The notes under the pieces are model-generated. The model saw nothing but the letters and a program-made list of their open reading frames with translations. It did no database searches and was not told where the DNA came from. The position numbers and the translations under genes are program-made. Source: Alphaproteobacteria bacterium (GTDB taxonomy: Bacteria > Pseudomonadota > Alphaproteobacteria > SMXQ01). Taken from it: a DNA stretch of 64,000 nt. Shown piece after piece: positions 18,534-27,157 of the stretch. How positions within the stretch are numbered: the stretch's first letter is position 1; every line of letters starts with the position of its first letter. Location: positions 972 to 64,971 of the forward strand of contig JAWWBR010000002.1 of NCBI GenBank assembly GCA_033720855.1, given 5' to 3'.

Positions 18534-19907
18534 CTATTTACCGATTCGCGGCTTGATGACCGCGATCAGCGAGGGCGCACCCTCGATCCCGAAATCGTTG
18601 TCGTTGAGCAGCGCGATCGTGCCATCACCCAATAGCGCCATGCCTTCCAGCTTCTCAGGTATGTCCCCATAGGCATCGCCGTCGAACGCAAGCGCCTTTG
18701 ACACTGGCCGGATGGCGGACCTGGATACAAGGATCTGCTCGAGGCTCGGCCGTGTCGACTCCCGGTCCCAGCGGGATCCGAGGATATTCGTCGCGGTGCC
18801 GAGGTCGACCGCGAAAAGTTTCGTGGACTTGCGAATTCGTTCCAGGACGAGAAGCCGATCGCCCCCTATGGCCGTCATCGCGCTGATCTTGACCGCGCTT
18901 TGTTTGTCCGAATCATCGCGGCGAAAGCTTTCCGGTCGCTCCAGCACGTAAACGAATTCACCCACTGCCTTTTGCGCGGTTCTGTCGAACTTATACAAAC
19001 GGATATTGCGGCTGCGCTTCGCGTCTTTTGCCCGGGGATTCGCGAGCGGGCCTTGGGTCGCGAAATAGAGGAACCGCTCGTCAGGGCTGAGGGCGAGGGA
19101 TTCCAGGCCGCGGTTCCTCCGGCGCTTGGCGAGCATTCGGGGCAACCCTCCGGAAACCTGGTACCTTTCGGTCCGGATTCCAGACTCCATGCCAAAGGGC
19201 ACGAGTCGCAAAGTGACCCGGCCCGACGGCGATACCCGCAACAGGGACGGCGCGCTCTCATCGGCGATCCAATAGCTCCCGTCGCCCAGCCTCACCATGG
19301 CCTCCGGGTCCACCGCGGCCATATCCCGCTTGAGCGCTTTTCCCTCGGCGTCGAAAGCAGGACGGGAGTCCCCCTTTCCGGGGGGAAGGAAAAGTCCGCT
19401 CAGCGGCTTGCCGTCCCGGTCTTTCAATACGACGCTGTCAAGCACCCGGAACCGTCCGTCGGCATCGAGCCGGAGCGTATAAATGGATGGGGCATAGGCG
19501 GGCAAGGGATGGATGAGGGCCTTTTTGAGGCCCGCGCAAAGGGCATCGCGCGTGAGGGTCGTCAGTTTTGCCCCTTTCTTGCAACCAAATAGGGGGCCGG
19601 CATCGGTGATCGTCTGCAAAACCATGGGCGGCATGGTGGGATGGCGAAAGGCACCGGAACCCAGGCCGGCTCGGAAGCGCAGGCTGATCCCATTTGGAAA
19701 GCGGGCAACCCCTAAATCCAGCCTGGGATCGGAGCTGGAATAAATTTTTGGCGATGAACCAGGCGCATCGGCCGCCCCACTCGCCGTCCCAGAACAAAAG
19801 AGCATTGCGGCGGTCAACAGGGCGCAAAAACCCCTGCCGTTCCTAAAAAACCGCCCCGCGCGCTCCCGGCCCACCCCCAGGGGCGGTATTTTCTTCTGCT
19901 CATCCAT
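18534..19907 (-). CDS. Secreted phytase-like esterase family protein (PF13449-like).
   Basis: ORF 18534..20024 on the - strand. The start is likely MDEQKK... (codon 19905-19907) with an AAGGGGGTG RBS. A signal peptide is present. The C-terminal LEGMALLGDGTIALLNDNDFG is characteristic of the family. Confidence 0.65.
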   Translation of the reverse strand: MDEQKKIPPLGVGRERAGRFFRNGRGFCALLTAAMLFCSGTASGAADAPGSSPKIYSSSDPRLDLGVARFPNGISLRFRAGLGSGAFRHPTMPPMVLQTITDAGPLFGCKKGAKLTTLTRDALCAGLKKALIHPLPAYAPSIYTLRLDADGRFRVLDSVVLKDRDGKPLSGLFLPPGKGDSRPAFDAEGKALKRDMAAVDPEAMVRLGDGSYWIADESAPSLLRVSPSGRVTLRLVPFGMESGIRTERYQVSGGLPRMLAKRRRNRGLESLALSPDERFLYFATQGPLANPRAKDAKRSRNIRLYKFDRTAQKAVGEFVYVLERPESFRRDDSDKQSAVKISAMTAIGGDRLLVLERIRKSTKLFAVDLGTATNILGSRWDRESTRPSLEQILVSRSAIRPVSKALAFDGDAYGDIPEKLEGMALLGDGTIALLNDNDFGIEGAPSLIAVIKPRIGK

Positions 19908-20107
19908 GGGGCACCCCCTTGAAGAACGCGCGCTCATTTCACGGTGAATTCCAAAAAACGGCCGATTTGAGAGACCTAAAAAAACGTTAGAAAACATGAG
20001 GATATCGGTGTGCTTGTTAAGCAAATCATAACCAAATTCCGATCATTTTAAAGGTATGCATCACGAATGAAACAAGTCCTGTTCCACCTAAGATAAAGGA
20101 AATTGTC

Positions 20108-21052
20108 ATGGGTAATGGAAATGCTGCCTTGACTTCCGCCGTGGCCCGCCGCATGCGGCGGGCGAAATACAGCGCCGTCACCGCGGTCCTAGGCGTTTCG
20201 GTTCTTGCCTTTTCGGCCTTCGGCGCCGCCGCCGAGACCAAGATCGTCTTCGGCGCCTATTCGTCGGACAAACCTTCGGCGATGATCGCGCAAGTGCACC
20301 CGACCCTTGATGCCATCGCCAAAAAGATGATGGAGATGTATGGCGAAAAGGTGTCGTTCCGCATGCAGATCGTGCGCGGCTACAAGAAGGGTGTCGATCA
20401 CCTGGTTGCGAAGAAATTCGATATCATGCGCCTGGGCCCCGCGTCCTACGTCATGGCCAAGAAACGCGCGCCGCAAATCACCATTTTGGCGATGGAGAAC
20501 AAGCACGGCAAGAAAACCTTCAACGGGATCATCGCCGTCCACAAGGACAGCACGCTGACAAGCCTCGACCAATTGCGTGGCCGGACCTTCGCATTCGGTT
20601 CCAAGCGTTCGACCTTGGGACGCTTCTTCGCCCAGCTGACCTTGACCGAGGCCGGCGTCCTTGCGAAGGACCTTGCGCGTTTCGAGTATCTCGGACGCCA
20701 CGACAAGGTGGGCCGAGCCGTTGGCGCCAAACTCTTCGAGGCCGGCGCCCTCGAGGGAACCACCTTTGCGAAGCTCGTGCGCAAGGGTGTTCCCATCCGC
20801 GCCCTGGCCAAATTTTCCAACGCCACGCGGCCCTGGATCGTCAGGGAAGGGATGAACCCCGGGCTTGCAGACAAGATTCGGAAGGCCATGCTTGCCGTGA
20901 CCGACAAGGCGGCCACCCGCGCGCTGCGGTTCGACGGCTTCCTGCCGGGCGACGATTCGGACTACGCGCCTACGCGGATGGCAATCCAGGAGAATCATCT
21001 ATTTTTCGAAGGTTTCACGGGCTTCAAAACCCAGCAGCAAAGCCGCCGCTGA
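20108..21052 (+). CDS. PhnD/SsuA/transferrin-family periplasmic substrate-binding protein.
   Basis: ORF 20108..21052. A signal peptide and the conserved PhnD-like core are present. An AAGGAAA RBS lies upstream. Confidence 0.8.
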   Translation: MGNGNAALTSAVARRMRRAKYSAVTAVLGVSVLAFSAFGAAAETKIVFGAYSSDKPSAMIAQVHPTLDAIAKKMMEMYGEKVSFRMQIVRGYKKGVDHLVAKKFDIMRLGPASYVMAKKRAPQITILAMENKHGKKTFNGIIAVHKDSTLTSLDQLRGRTFAFGSKRSTLGRFFAQLTLTEAGVLAKDLARFEYLGRHDKVGRAVGAKLFEAGALEGTTFAKLVRKGVPIRALAKFSNATRPWIVREGMNPGLADKIRKAMLAVTDKAATRALRFDGFLPGDDSDYAPTRMAIQENHLFFEGFTGFKTQQQSRR

Positions 21053-21084
21053 TTTGAAATCAGTGGCCCCCAAAACCCTGGCCG

Positions 21085-22563
21085 ATGGTGAGGGTGCGAG
21101 TGCCGCACTTTAGACTAAGTTCGCAAGTGCTTATTTCCCTGGTCCTGTTGGCGGTCATCACCGCCTTCGGGACCGGGCTTGCGATTCAATGGTTCGAAAG
21201 ATCCTACCTGGTGTCCCAGATCACCGAACGCGCCAATGACAAACTGCGCATCCTTGTCGCGTCGTCGCTGGACGATCTGATCAGTGAGGATGTCCCCCGC
21301 CTGGAGACGACCGTCCAACAGCTGGCGGAGAAAGACCCGAAGCTGGTCGGCGTCACCATCCTCAACGAAGAAAAGGCCGAACTCTTCGCGTGGCGGAAAA
21401 AGCCCTTTCCGCCGAGGGAAGACGTCTACGTTTTTTCGAATAAGGTTGATTTTCACGGCCAGCATTTCGGCACCATTACGATCCTTTGGAACAAAAGGCA
21501 GAGCGAACAGGCCTTTATCCTTCACTCCTACCGCATCGCGGTGTTCGTCAGCTCCACCTGTTTCGTGATCGGATTGCTGGCCTTCTTCGTCATTCGCATC
21601 CTCGTGGTCGAGCCCGTCCATACCATCGCCAATCGGGCGCTCAATTTCCGGCGACACATCTTTGACGACGGCAAAAAAGTGGGTTCCTACGCCTCTTCGG
21701 AGCTGAAGCGTCTGGATGACGCTGTGAACTCGTTGGGCGAACTGCTTCAGTCGCAGGAAATGAGGGAAACGGAACTCAAGACCGCCAAGGAACTTGCCGA
21801 GACCGCAAACCGCGCGAAATCGAATTTCCTTGCGAATATGAGCCATGAACTGCGTACCCCTTTGAACGCCATCTTGGGCTTCTCCCAAATCATGGAATCC
21901 CAAATATTCGGCCCCCTCGGCGACGCAAAGTACCTGGCCTACGTGAAGGACATCAGGGTCTCGGGCGACCATCTCTTGAAGATCATCACCGAAATCCTGG
22001 ACGTATCGAAAATCGAAGCCGGCAAGCTCAGCCTGGACATCGGCCGCGTGCACCTGCCCAAGACCATCAAGTATGCGCTTGGGCTTCTGAGTTCGGATAT
22101 CGAGAACGCCAAATTGGAGTTTATGGTCGACGTCCCCGATTCGGTGCCGGAGCTTCAAGCCGACGAGCTGCGGATGCGTCAGATCATCATCAATCTCGTG
22201 TCCAACGCGCTCAAATTCACGCCGGAGGGGGGAACCGTCTCTCTGAACTTGAAGTGGCGGCAGTCCGAGGGGGTGGAGATTTGCGTGAAGGACACCGGCG
22301 TCGGGATCACCGAAGATAAAATCCCCCGTATCCTGTTGCCGTTCGAGCAGATCCACGACGCCATGACGGAAGCGAACCAGGGGGCGGGACTTGGGTTGCC
22401 CCTCGCCAAGGCGCTGACCGAGCTTCAGGGCGGAAGGCTGACCCTGACAAGCACATTAGGCGAGGGGACCGAAGTCAGAATCTTCTTCCCGAGCGAACTT
22501 CTTCTTACCTCGGACGTGGATCTCCCAAGCGACGGGGAAGGGCCGGCGAAGAGGATTGCTTAG
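21085..22563 (+). CDS. Membrane sensor histidine kinase. Domain order is TM, periplasmic loop of about 130 aa, TM, HisKA, HATPase_c. There is no receiver domain.
   Basis: ORF 21085..22563. H-box [17 protein letters not shown]-box and G1/G2 boxes are present. It sits immediately downstream of the substrate-binding protein gene. Confidence 0.85.
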   Translation: MVRVRVPHFRLSSQVLISLVLLAVITAFGTGLAIQWFERSYLVSQITERANDKLRILVASSLDDLISEDVPRLETTVQQLAEKDPKLVGVTILNEEKAELFAWRKKPFPPREDVYVFSNKVDFHGQHFGTITILWNKRQSEQAFILHSYRIAVFVSSTCFVIGLLAFFVIRILVVEPVHTIANRALNFRRHIFDDGKKVGSYASSELKRLDDAVNSLGELLQSQEMRETELKTAKELAETANRAKSNFLANMSHELRTPLNAILGFSQIMESQIFGPLGDAKYLAYVKDIRVSGDHLLKIITEILDVSKIEAGKLSLDIGRVHLPKTIKYALGLLSSDIENAKLEFMVDVPDSVPELQADELRMRQIIINLVSNALKFTPEGGTVSLNLKWRQSEGVEICVKDTGVGITEDKIPRILLPFEQIHDAMTEANQGAGLGLPLAKALTELQGGRLTLTSTLGEGTEVRIFFPSELLLTSDVDLPSDGEGPAKRIA

Positions 22564-22564
22564 G

Positions 22565-23824
22565 CTAGAACCTCCCGAACCATCCCTCTTTCTTCTTTAT
22601 CTGGCACTCGGCCCGCCAGTTGGCCGGAATCGCGTCGGCGACAACCTTTCGGAACCGTTCGAGGGGGCAGAACCCGCCACCGCAGCCCGGGATCTCGATG
22701 GTCTTCTCGGCCTCCTTGGACACGAATTTCAGCCGCACCGAATAGGCTTTGGGCGCGGTTTCGTGAAGCTCGAACGCGTAACGGGAGCCGAGCGGCGGAA
22801 CGCGGCCCTTGAACAGCGGCCCCTCGGTCCGCGCGGTCTCGATCCCAAGCGCCGCTTCGAGCCCAAGCACCGTGCGCTGATGGCCGGAATAGATGTAAAG
22901 CTTGCGCGCGGTTTTGGGGTCTTTGGCGTATTTCAGGAAATTGCCCAGGACCTCGCCGACCATCGGCCCACCGGTCAAACGGCCCATCTTCTTGCCCAGG
23001 AATTGATGGTGATAGTTCCAATCCGAGAGCAGGCGCAGAAGCTCCATGTCCTTCTCGGTGATCTCGCTGGACAAGGGTTTCTTGTGGGCAATGAACGCCG
23101 TCAGGGGTTCATAGATTTCGTTGATCCCGTAGAGGATCCTTGCCGGACTCTTGCCCTCGTTGATGCCGGTAATCGACGCTATGCGCCGAAGGAACGGCTC
23201 GAAACGTTTCGCCTGCGCCTTGTAGAGCTTGCTCTTGGGAAGCGCCTTCACGAATTGCCGGTAGCGCTGGCAGTTCGCCTGACCGGTCCAGGGGCGCAGC
23301 ACGGCATCATTCCTGAGCGACACCGCGTGAATGGGCACCGGGGTGAAAGCCAAATCGGGGCGCGGTACCGCCTTGAGCGAATTATCGTAAACCGCGGGGT
23401 CCGGGCCTGTCCCCAGGGGGTAAAGGCCAAGCGCCAAAACCTGGGCGGTCTGCAATGCCCGGTCGGCATTGCTGGCCCGGAAATAGACTTCCTTGAGATT
23501 GTATCGCGGGGATATAAGCCCCAGCTGGTCGACGTACAACTTCCGCAATTCCTGGCCGTTGGCATAGGTCTTGGTCACACCGATGGCGGTGAGCTGCCGG
23601 TACCCCATGGGCCAGTCCGTCTTGAGCTTGGGCGGGCTGTATTTGGGCGAGATCACGCTGTGGCGGAACAGCAGGCTCACGGACCTTAGAGTCTTGCGGT
23701 CCGCCTCGAGGGCCTCAGAAGATTGGGCGATCGCCCCCTCGCTCACGATGCTCGAGAGCAATATCGTCGCGAGCGCGATCGCTGACCCAGCCAGCCAAGA
23801 GGAATTTTTCGCGCATGTAATCAT
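22565..23824 (-). CDS. Secreted histidine acid phosphatase-family protein (branch 2) with non-canonical active-site motifs: RHSVISP instead of RHGxRxP, and HQ instead of HD.
   Basis: ORF 22565..23824 on the - strand. A signal peptide is present. The overall AppA-like pattern is conserved (FRHS...P...G.L...G...RT..SA.A...GL.P ... SGHQ). Confidence 0.65.
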   Translation of the reverse strand: MITCAKNSSWLAGSAIALATILLSSIVSEGAIAQSSEALEADRKTLRSVSLLFRHSVISPKYSPPKLKTDWPMGYRQLTAIGVTKTYANGQELRKLYVDQLGLISPRYNLKEVYFRASNADRALQTAQVLALGLYPLGTGPDPAVYDNSLKAVPRPDLAFTPVPIHAVSLRNDAVLRPWTGQANCQRYRQFVKALPKSKLYKAQAKRFEPFLRRIASITGINEGKSPARILYGINEIYEPLTAFIAHKKPLSSEITEKDMELLRLLSDWNYHHQFLGKKMGRLTGGPMVGEVLGNFLKYAKDPKTARKLYIYSGHQRTVLGLEAALGIETARTEGPLFKGRVPPLGSRYAFELHETAPKAYSVRLKFVSKEAEKTIEIPGCGGGFCPLERFRKVVADAIPANWRAECQIKKKEGWFGRF

Positions 23825-24527
23825 GAGACGTCTCCATTGCCATGGCGTATTTCGATAGGGTTTGCTGCTCCATGCCCAGATACCGAAGCTTTTGCAGAAG
23901 GGTTTCCGATATCCGGTCGTTGAACTTCAATTCGACGATGAAATGGGTCGGCGGCACGACCGCGATAAGGTCCCCGGGCGGTACGTTCAAGGTGGTGGAA
24001 AGGGAGCAATGCAGTTCCTCGTCTAAGGTAAGGCGGACATTGTCCTGGAACTGCCCGTTGAGCGCGGTCCGGTAATAGACCACGGTCGTGACCGGGGAGA
24101 GGGCAAAGCGGTCGTGCAAATATTTGAATTCCGCGAGAACCGAGTTTTCGAGTTCGCGATCGCTCAGAAACAGCGGACCGCGTGAGAGAAGACGCCGGGC
24201 AAGATCCAAGTCGATCGGCACACGCCGTTTCTCGACGATGCGGTCGTAGCGCGCCTTCAGTTCCAAAAAGACCGCGGATGGCGGTGCGGACGGTGCGGAT
24301 CTGTAGAGGCGAATGCGGGGCTTGATGCGAACCAAATCGCCTTCGCGTTTTTCACCGTAAAAACGGTAATTGGGCGAATCGAAATATATCGAGTAGTTGA
24401 CGTATGTCCCCTGGCTGTCGCCGTTGGGGTCAGTCGAGAAAAAGCCGCCGATCGTCTCCCGCAGTTCCGCTTTGCGCGTCGCCTCGACGAGATACTTGAT
24501 CTCATATCTGTTGGTGAAAGCGAACAT
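23715..24527 (-). CDS. VTC-domain (polyphosphate-polymerase-like) protein.
   Basis: ORF 23715..24527 on the - strand. The YEIKYLV... motif of VTC/CYTH-like domains is present. The 3' end overlaps the phosphatase gene by about 110 nt in another frame. Confidence 0.7.
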   Translation of the reverse strand: MFAFTNRYEIKYLVEATRKAELRETIGGFFSTDPNGDSQGTYVNYSIYFDSPNYRFYGEKREGDLVRIKPRIRLYRSAPSAPPSAVFLELKARYDRIVEKRRVPIDLDLARRLLSRGPLFLSDRELENSVLAEFKYLHDRFALSPVTTVVYYRTALNGQFQDNVRLTLDEELHCSLSTTLNVPPGDLIAVVPPTHFIVELKFNDRISETLLQKLRYLGMEQQTLSKYAMAMETSHDYMREKFLLAGWVSDRARDDIALEHRERGGDRPIF

Positions 24528-24599
24528 TCACTGGGACCGCGGATCAAGCTTCCTAGCAACGGGCCGTAGAGCGCCGGCCTAAATCGATCAATTGGTCCC

Positions 24600-25289
24600 T
24601 CATGCGTTGACCGTGCCTTCACCGACCAGCAGGCTCACCGACAGCGGATTAACCGCCTGGGACAGCTTTTCCACGAGCTGGTCGTAATCGACCCCTCGCT
24701 TGAGGTGCACCTCATAGACGACGTCTTCCAAATCGTCGCCGGTTTCCATGCGGCTCACGGAAACCACCGACATGCGATCGCACATGGTTTTGCAGAGCTC
24801 CGCAATCCTGTCCCGGTCTCCGGGCCGCATGCGCATCTTCAGGACATAACCACTGGACCGCACGTCGCCGAAGCGCCAGTAATGCATGGCCACCACGACG
24901 ATGATCATGAAGCCGACGAAAATACCCGCGAAATCATAGAACCCGGTGCCGCAAGCCATGCCCACGGCGATGCCGGCGAAGAGAAAGACGAGATCCTTGG
25001 TGTCCTTGACCGGTGTCCGGAATCTGACGATCGACATGGCCCCCACCAGGGCAAAGGCACGGGCGATGTCGGAGCCGATGATGACCATGATCAGGGTGAC
25101 GGTAATGCCAACCAGAATGAGGGCTTGGACAAACGACTTGGAGTAGGAATACCCGCCATGGGTCGCCATGTAGAGTTTGGCGAGAATGCCGTTGAGGACT
25201 GCGGTCAGAAGCAGGGCCAACCCGATGTCGAGTGGGGTCGCCGAACTCAAGAGCGCCGTTTCTTGCAAAATCTGGTCGCTGAAATCCAT
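24600..25289 (-). CDS. DUF4956 domain membrane protein, the usual partner of bacterial VTC-domain proteins.
   Basis: ORF 24600..25289 on the - strand. Several TM helices are present. The DUF4956 signature region is IVRFRTPVKDTKDLVFLF. Confidence 0.7.
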   Translation of the reverse strand: MDFSDQILQETALLSSATPLDIGLALLLTAVLNGILAKLYMATHGGYSYSKSFVQALILVGITVTLIMVIIGSDIARAFALVGAMSIVRFRTPVKDTKDLVFLFAGIAVGMACGTGFYDFAGIFVGFMIIVVVAMHYWRFGDVRSSGYVLKMRMRPGDRDRIAELCKTMCDRMSVVSVSRMETGDDLEDVVYEVHLKRGVDYDQLVEKLSQAVNPLSVSLLVGEGTVNA

Positions 25290-25590
25290 CCTGACTGCAT
25301 CCTCCCTGTAAGGTCGCGGGTCTCACATTCGAAACCGCCACGCGCACTCAACCCAGAACCGACCGCACCGCGAAAGCCATCTCTCCGGTCATCACCCCGA
25401 CACCGGGGGAACCATGGCGTGAGTCAATGCTGTTGAGAGCCCCCAAGGTGCCTGTAACCGGCTATCGGCCATAAACCCATACCTCACACCGAGGATTCTC
25501 AGGCGCAATAAGCCAACCAGCCCGGTTAACAAACTTGGTAAAGAGTTTATTAACAGCCTGTGAATAATTGCAAGTGCATAATTATTAAAA

Positions 25591-25606
25591 GATTATCATG
25601 ATAATC
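25591..25606. promoter_or_regulatory. Perfect 16-bp palindrome GATTATCATGATAATC inside an AT-rich island (about 25525-25650). It is a candidate operator for a metalloregulator (Fur/Zur-like hexamer content) or another dimeric transcription factor.
   Basis: I read this directly from the sequence. It lies about 300 bp upstream of the DUF4956-VTC-phosphatase operon start. A flanking TTAACA...TTAACA direct repeat and a small hairpin (25654-25669) are nearby. Confidence 0.45.
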
Positions 25607-25776
25607 ACACAGGCCTTTGAGCGAATTACGCTAAGCACCTGATTTCATGACAACATAGGGGGGCTTCGCAAGTGCGAAGAGGCCTGTCGCGGCCCGCAGC
25701 GACCCAGGGGATGTGGTTCCCCTGCCAGGACAGACCAAAAATAGCGGTGGTTTTTTGAGGGTGCCCGGAAGCGCGG

Positions 25777-26112
25777 CTAGCGCCCCATGCCGAGGAGCCC
25801 CCGCGTCCACCATTCAGGGCGGCCGCGACGCCGTTTCAAGACCTCGCGGCGACAGGTTGCGGGCACGGGATGCCGGCTTATCAGACGCTCGAACAGCTTC
25901 GGGGAAACCAGGGCGGCGAGCTTCATGACCATCGCCTCGGACAGGTAGGGCTGCTGAATGATCGCAGCATGAAGCGATTCATCGCGGGGGTCCGCATCCA
26001 GCGCGGCCATCATCTGCGCTTCTTTCGCCTCGGCGCTATCATCGTCGGGCTGATCGATCGCCGACGCCTCGTCAGGCTGCCGCGCGAGAGGATCCAACAT
26101 TGAAGAATTCAT
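25777..26112 (-). CDS. Hypothetical small acidic protein of about 111 aa.
   Basis: Part of ORF 25777..26340 on the - strand. The start is likely MNSSML (codon 26110-26112) with a GGAGG RBS. I recognise no family for it. Confidence 0.4.
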   Translation of the reverse strand: MNSSMLDPLARQPDEASAIDQPDDDSAEAKEAQMMAALDADPRDESLHAAIIQQPYLSEAMVMKLAALVSPKLFERLISRHPVPATCRREVLKRRRGRPEWWTRGLLGMGR

Positions 26113-26329
26113 GGGCCTACCTCCGCGCAGATTGTGGCCGCCGTACGTAAAGGAAGTGTTAAAGCCGCGCACCGGTGGGCCCGTCGCGGCCTTGGAACAT
26201 GGCGCGTTAGCAGGTCGCGCGAGCCGGGCCGGACGCGTATGCGGCCAGGCGGAATGCATAATGGAAGGAGACGAACCGTAGGATCGCGCTATACTCAAAA
26301 AAAACGACCGCGCAGGCTCGAAGCGCCGC

Positions 26330-27157
26330 ATGACACACACCGCGGGGAGGCCGACAATGACCGCCAGTCCGATTCGCTATCTCGCGTTCCTCAGCGACGA
26401 TCCGGGAGCGCTCGCCGATTTCTACGCGGGCCATTTCGGCCTTGACGAGCTGGGCCGCTCCAATGAAGGCGACGTCTCGCTGAGCGATGGATTCTACAAC
26501 ATCACATTCCTGCGCCGACGCCCGGATCTTCAGGAATTGCACACCGATACCGGTCTCCACCATGTGGGCCTGCAGGTCGACGACATCGGCGAAGCGACCC
26601 GGGCCTACCTGCGCACGGTGCCCGACGGGGTCATCATAGGTGAACGCGGCGGCCTGCATTTCGGCGAACGCCGGTTTTTCGATCCCGAGTGCAATCCGGT
26701 GACGGTCTCGACCGGCAGCTTCGGGGCGCCCGAGAAGCGTGATCCGAGGCTGCCACGGATCGCCCATATCGCGCTCAATGCGCTGATCCCCCAGCGCATG
26801 CTCGAGTTCTATTCCGCGGTCTTCGGATTCCGCGAGGTCAACACCAGCCTCACCTACCGGGAGCGCGGACGCCTCAACCGCTTTGCCGGCGACGGCGTGA
26901 CCAATCTCGCCATCCACCCGTTCTACAACGACTCCGTCGGCCACGAGGCGCGCTACGGGGTCAACCATTTCGGCTTCCTGGTCGACGATATCGAGCGCAA
27001 GCTGGACGTTCTGTCAAAGGAGATCGAAATCGCGGCTCGGCCGGAAGACCGGCCGTTTGCCGAATACCGGCTGTTCGACCCCGAAGGCAACAAGTTCGAC
27101 CTCTCCCAAAACAAAGGCTGGGAGGTCGACGTCGACAAATGGGATACCGCGGCATGA
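26330..27157 (+). CDS. Two-domain VOC (glyoxalase/bleomycin-resistance/extradiol dioxygenase) family protein.
   Basis: ORF 26330..27157. Two repeated VOC modules each contain LHHVGLQVDD / NHFGFLVDD motifs. Confidence 0.75.
   Translation: MTHTAGRPTMTASPIRYLAFLSDDPGALADFYAGHFGLDELGRSNEGDVSLSDGFYNITFLRRRPDLQELHTDTGLHHVGLQVDDIGEATRAYLRTVPDGVIIGERGGLHFGERRFFDPECNPVTVSTGSFGAPEKRDPRLPRIAHIALNALIPQRMLEFYSAVFGFREVNTSLTYRERGRLNRFAGDGVTNLAIHPFYNDSVGHEARYGVNHFGFLVDDIERKLDVLSKEIEIAARPEDRPFAEYRLFDPEGNKFDLSQNKGWEVDVDKWDTAA

Noticed and set aside
20189-23689. Long antisense ORFs opposite the PhnD-like binding protein, the histidine kinase and the acid phosphatase (269, 413 and 377 aa)
   Set aside because: They lie opposite well-supported genes and show biased antisense composition.
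25640-25670. Rho-independent terminator for the small orphan gene
   Set aside because: A hairpin (CTTCGCA/TGCGAAG) exists, but it is not followed by a T-run on the relevant strand.
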